Assembly (NCBI GenBank): GCA_964447495.1
Contig: CAYUTF010000003.1
Coordinates: 1-64,000, forward strand
Source of the DNA: an uncultured archaeon
GTDB taxonomy: Archaea; Asgardarchaeota; Lokiarchaeia; Sigyniarchaeales; SOKP01
Reading direction: 5' to 3'
DNA length: 64,000 bases
The notes below the pieces were generated by a model that worked only from the letters and a program-made list of their open reading frames with translations, searched no databases and was not told the DNA's origin. How positions within the stretch are numbered: position 1 is the stretch's first letter; every line of letters begins with the position of its first letter. Of the stretch, positions 60,113-64,000 are shown piece after piece. The position numbers and the translations under genes were made by a program.

Positions 60113-61072
60113 TTAGAAATTAGAATAAATCATAAACTTATTTGCTGAGCCCAAACTATAGATTTCAAACTTAGAACCACGCTTAGTTTCACAGAACATT
60201 TGAATTAAAGGAAATAGATATATTTGGGTTGTTATCTGAGCATCATTATCTTTATCATAGTTTTTATAGTCAGTTCTCGCTGAACTAACAGTTTTTTTAA
60301 TATTTTTATTCATGTATCCTAAAGATGCTTCAACTTTTGATTCTAATTCTTTAAAATCAGAAAATTTAATACCTTCTACGTCATCTAATACTATTTGTAG
60401 ATCATCACCAATCTCTTTTTCATATTTAGTTTGCGCACTACTGTGAAGCACGGGCATCCCTGTCACCACAGTTTGGAAGGGTACTGGAAGGATTTCATAT
60501 TTATAGAGACTTTTATGACCTTCACATTCTTTACATAACTCTTGTCTATTACCAGAACCATAACATGCGCCACATGGATAAGAAAAAGTCTTTTTTTCTT
60601 TTTTTTGTTCTTCTCCAACTAAAACAGATATGGATTCCTCTATTTTTCCTGTTCCACCGCATGTTTTACATTTGTCTTCAGTATATCCTTTTCCTTTACA
60701 TGATTTACAAGTGACGGATTGAATCGATTCAAACATCGGTACAATTTCCTTTTCATTCCATTTTTCTTTATTTAATTTCTCACTACCCTTAAAACTATAA
60801 AATTGTTCCCTTGCAACTCTTGGAGCAGTAACAATATTCTCATCTTTACCTTTGGGCGCTGGACCCAATGTTTTCTTTACTGCAAAATAAATTGCTGCTT
60901 CTTTAAGGGTATCCTTTACATATTCTGCTGCACTTATTGCATCCAAGGAAAAAATAGCTCCTTTTGTGCCAAATTGCTTTTCCATCTTCTTGTGATCAGT
61001 TTTGCTAACTTTTTGCTTCCATTTTTCAAAGATTTCATCTAAATTTGGGGTTTTAATTTTTATATCAGGCAA
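60113..61072 (-). CDS. DnaJ-type Zn-finger repeat protein without J-domain (SSUH2-like architecture)
   Basis: CKSCKGKG, CKTCGGTG, CGACYGSG, CKECEG; no HPD motif. Confidence 0.7.
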   Translation of the reverse strand: MPDIKIKTPNLDEIFEKWKQKVSKTDHKKMEKQFGTKGAIFSLDAISAAEYVKDTLKEAAIYFAVKKTLGPAPKGKDENIVTAPRVAREQFYSFKGSEKLNKEKWNEKEIVPMFESIQSVTCKSCKGKGYTEDKCKTCGGTGKIEESISVLVGEEQKKEKKTFSYPCGACYGSGNRQELCKECEGHKSLYKYEILPVPFQTVVTGMPVLHSSAQTKYEKEIGDDLQIVLDDVEGIKFSDFKELESKVEASLGYMNKNIKKTVSSARTDYKNYDKDNDAQITTQIYLFPLIQMFCETKRGSKFEIYSLGSANKFMIYSNF

Positions 61073-61295
61073 ATGAATTTCACATCCATTATCAATTCTT
61101 AACTTTAAAATTTTAAAATTATAAAATTATATAGTAGAATACTATAAATAAATTCATCAGTAACACAATTCCTTTATAAATAAAATGAATAAATTATATA
61201 AAGTGTTTTTTTAGAAATAATTAAAATAGAGTAATTTATAATTATATATAGAAATTAATTACTAAATAAAAAGTACTAAAAAGTACGGAAATATT

Positions 61296-61463
61296 ATGTC
61301 AGCAGAAGAACGTCAAGCGGTTGAGTATTTTCTTCAATGGATGACGCCATCAGGTGGAGGATTGGCTCAATGGATTGAGCATTTCTTAAACCAAGGCGAT
61401 GAAGCAAAGCTTAGACAAATTAAAGAGATTTATGATAAGATAAAAAGCATTTTTGGTTTTTAG
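61296..61463 (+). CDS. Unannotated 55-aa small protein
   Basis: MSAEERQAVEYFLQWMTPSGGGLAQWIEHFLNQGDEAKLRQIKEIYDKIKSIFGF*; higher GC than flanks, TATA-like sequence upstream, T-tract after the stop. Confidence 0.7.
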   Translation: MSAEERQAVEYFLQWMTPSGGGLAQWIEHFLNQGDEAKLRQIKEIYDKIKSIFGF

Positions 61464-61592
61464 CACTACTTTCTTTTTTTATTTACTCATCATATTCAAT
61501 AGGATTTAGATGAATTGAATTAAATTAGTAAAATTGAATTAGCGCATTTCATTACTCATATTATTCATTAAGAATTTGTAGCGATATTACTT

Positions 61593-64000
61593 GTGAGTAT
61601 TCCATCGAAAAAGTATTTCATTGTTTTAGATAAGGGTTTACAAAAAGGAGATGAAATCCATTACAATGTTAATTTCTTTTATTTGAAATCATTTAAGCAA
61701 AAAACCTCAAAGTTTTCATACGTAAGTCAGCCTTTCTTTCAAGGATATGTGATTTTTGGTTTTGATATGAGGAATAAAATAAGACCTTTATCGTTCTATA
61801 AGATTAATAAAAATGGTACGCAAGAAGCGATTAATCCTAAACTCTTCAAGAAATTTATTTTAACAGAGAATAATGTGTTTATTGGATTTTCGAGTCAAGC
61901 AAATCAAGAAGAATTTATCCCCATTAAAAAAATGCTTGATAACTTTCAATTCGATGAAAACAAAATTAAGCTTCTTACATTTTGTAGTAGATGTTTGGAA
62001 AATCGTAAATTTAAAATTCTTTCCAAAGGTTTTCAAATAAAAAATATAAATGATCAAACTATTTGTCCCGATTGTGCATTAGAGTTAGTTATTAGTCAAG
62101 CAGAGGTACGCGGGTTAATTCCAAATAAGAGAGTAAACCCTAAATTAAAGAATTTTTTTAGTCATATGATCTTAAAATTTAAAGATATAAAAAAAATTGT
62201 AAGTTCGTTTAAAACGGATTTTAACCCAGTACAAAATAAAGAAATCACGCTCTATGATGTTGAGAAAAATCCTACAATAAGTGAACGATTACTTAAATTT
62301 CCAATTGATGATTTAGAGATTCCTATAGAATTTAAGACAATTTTATTGAAACAGAATATTAAAACACTTCTACCAATTCAAGCACTTGCTATTGAAAAGG
62401 GATTGTTAAAAAATAGAACCAACCAATTAATTATGGCACCGACATCCGCAGGGAAAACATTAGTGGGAGAAATCGCAGGTGTGAGCCAAATTCTATCTCA
62501 AAAAGGAAAAATGCTGTATTTAGTTCCAATTGTAGCACTCGCGAACGTGAGAACAGAAGAATTCAAAAAAAAATATGCTCCATTGAATTTAAATGTAGTA
62601 AAAAAGATAGGAGAATCATTATTAGAAAAAAGCGACGAAAATGATATAGAAAATTTATTGGATGCAGATATTATCATTGCTACATATGAAGCAATAGATT
62701 ATATCTTAAGAAGTGGCCAAAAAGAAATTTTAGGAAATATTGGTACCATTATTATTGATGAAATTCAGACTTTAATAGATCCTGAAAGGGGATATTTACT
62801 GGATGCATTAATTTCTCGATTAAAATGCATCTACACTAATGCACAGTTCCTTTATTTGAGCGCTACAATAGGTGCTCCAGAGTTGCTAGCTAAAAAATTA
62901 AATTGTAGTTTAATAAATTACAAGAACCGCCCAGTTCCTATTGAGAGACATTTAATTATGTGCATCAATGAGGCGATGAAGCACAGAATAATAGCAAAAT
63001 TGGCAAAGTATGCTTTTCTACAAAAATCAGAATATGGTTTTAAGGGGCAATCCATAATTTTCACAAATACAAGAAAAAAATGTGAGACATTAGCAACCTA
63101 TTTGATGAACAAAGGTATTAAAACGGAGGCGTATCATTCAGGGCTAACTAGTGAAGAAAGAAGATATATCGAAGATGAGTTTCAGGCTCAAAAGATTGCC
63201 GCAGTTGTGGCTACCGCCGCACTTGCTGCAGGAGTAGACTTTGCAGCGAAGCAGGTAATTTTTGAGTCTTTAGGTATGGGAATAAAAACATTAACCGTTG
63301 CTGAATTCGAACAGATGTTAGGACGTGCAGGTAGGTTAAAGAAACATGAACTTGGTTATGCTTATATTCTTATAGAGCCAGGAAAAATATATAATCCTAA
63401 AATGAAAACCACTGAAGATAATGTAGCCATAAATTTATTAAATGGAAAAATTAAAGACTTTGAATTAGAACCAGATGAAGATAAATCATTAACAGAATTA
63501 TTAGCAATAATTTCGACTTACATTGAAGGATCAACTCTAAATACTCTTATTCAATATCAAAATTTCTTGATTAATGGGAATTACGATTTGCGTAAAATGT
63601 TAGACAAATTATTACTTTTAAACTTAGTGAAAGTAGATGATAATTCTAACTACAAATCAACTAATTTAGGGAATGCGATAGCTAAGTCTTTTATAAGTAT
63701 TACAAAGAGCTTTGAGATAATAAGTAAATTGAAAAAGAAAGAAGAAGCTTTATTTGATATTGTTCTTGAACTTAAGCCAATAAAAAATGTGTATTTAACT
63801 AAAAGCGTTGTTGCCGATTTATCAAAAAATATGAATATGAAATATTTTAGCAATAATTTCTTTAGTGCCAGTGTTCTCTCTCTAATGAATGCGGAATATG
63901 TTAAGAAAAGAAATAAGTTCTCTCAAGATTTCATTAATTATGTATCAAAATGGACAACTGATATCTTTAATTGTAAATGTAAAGATAGTCCATACTGTGG
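61593..64000 (+). CDS. Archaeal SF2 DEAD/DEAH-box helicase with Zn-binding motifs (partial, runs off window end)
   Basis: Read from GTG 61593 (in frame with motif I): CSRC..CPDC, LLPIQ, APTSAGKT, DEIQ, SAT, YHSG, TAALAAGVD, QMLGRAGR, CKCKDSPYC. Not in the ORF track. Confidence 0.9.
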   Translation, partial: MSIPSKKYFIVLDKGLQKGDEIHYNVNFFYLKSFKQKTSKFSYVSQPFFQGYVIFGFDMRNKIRPLSFYKINKNGTQEAINPKLFKKFILTENNVFIGFSSQANQEEFIPIKKMLDNFQFDENKIKLLTFCSRCLENRKFKILSKGFQIKNINDQTICPDCALELVISQAEVRGLIPNKRVNPKLKNFFSHMILKFKDIKKIVSSFKTDFNPVQNKEITLYDVEKNPTISERLLKFPIDDLEIPIEFKTILLKQNIKTLLPIQALAIEKGLLKNRTNQLIMAPTSAGKTLVGEIAGVSQILSQKGKMLYLVPIVALANVRTEEFKKKYAPLNLNVVKKIGESLLEKSDENDIENLLDADIIIATYEAIDYILRSGQKEILGNIGTIIIDEIQTLIDPERGYLLDALISRLKCIYTNAQFLYLSATIGAPELLAKKLNCSLINYKNRPVPIERHLIMCINEAMKHRIIAKLAKYAFLQKSEYGFKGQSIIFTNTRKKCETLATYLMNKGIKTEAYHSGLTSEERRYIEDEFQAQKIAAVVATAALAAGVDFAAKQVIFESLGMGIKTLTVAEFEQMLGRAGRLKKHELGYAYILIEPGKIYNPKMKTTEDNVAINLLNGKIKDFELEPDEDKSLTELLAIISTYIEGSTLNTLIQYQNFLINGNYDLRKMLDKLLLLNLVKVDDNSNYKSTNLGNAIAKSFISITKSFEIISKLKKKEEALFDIVLELKPIKNVYLTKSVVADLSKNMNMKYFSNNFFSASVLSLMNAEYVKKRNKFSQDFINYVSKWTTDIFNCKCKDSPYC

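Noticed and set aside
60113-61072. dnaJ call
   Set aside because: No J-domain/HPD motif or G/F region, and no dnaK/grpE nearby.
3429-63853. Many short ORF-track entries overlapping longer genes (e.g. 5244-5525, 17450-17764, 17764-18030, 22412-22720, 44228-44569, 53503-53850, 54187-54495, 61860-62057, 63650-63853)
   Set aside because: Antisense or alternate-frame shadows of well-supported genes, with no recognisable motifs.
1-64000. Selenoprotein (in-frame TGA) or other recoding
   Set aside because: No gene appeared truncated at a TGA aligned to a catalytic Cys; a SECIS search could not be run.

Overview
AT-rich archaeal chromosomal window with about 65 protein genes and no rRNA, tRNA, CRISPR or IS element that I could see. 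It is most likely from an Asgard archaeon (Lokiarchaeia/Promethearchaeota). This is an inference from the co-occurrence of Rab-like small GTPases, two Roadblock/LC7 proteins, a ubiquitin-like protein ending in GG, a Loki-type LRR protein, SepCysS, MtrH, the Lsm-rpl37e pair, PINA, an EndA subunit and archaeal SepF. Most genes are housekeeping or heterotrophic metabolism (GH13, GH20, PfkB, thiolase-like cluster, 2-hydroxyacyl-CoA dehydratase pair, nadA, thrC). The most striking region is about 16.7-21.9 kb. It holds a Roadblock-Zn-ribbon gene and two convergent Rab-like proteins with degenerate P-loops. One carries a WH2-like helix. The other is fused to a two-component receiver (REC) domain, a candidate hybrid of prokaryotic His-Asp phosphorelay and eukaryote-type Rab signalling. 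Other highlights: an Ltp3/Ltp4-like retro-aldolase operon, a ubiquitin-like gene with a perfect 21-bp palindrome at its promoter, an LRR protein with a canonical PCNA PIP-box, an SSUH2-like Zn-finger protein, ThrC-wHTH and amidohydrolase-YjbQ fusions, and an unannotated 55-aa ORF. All family calls come from motif recognition by eye, not database searches.
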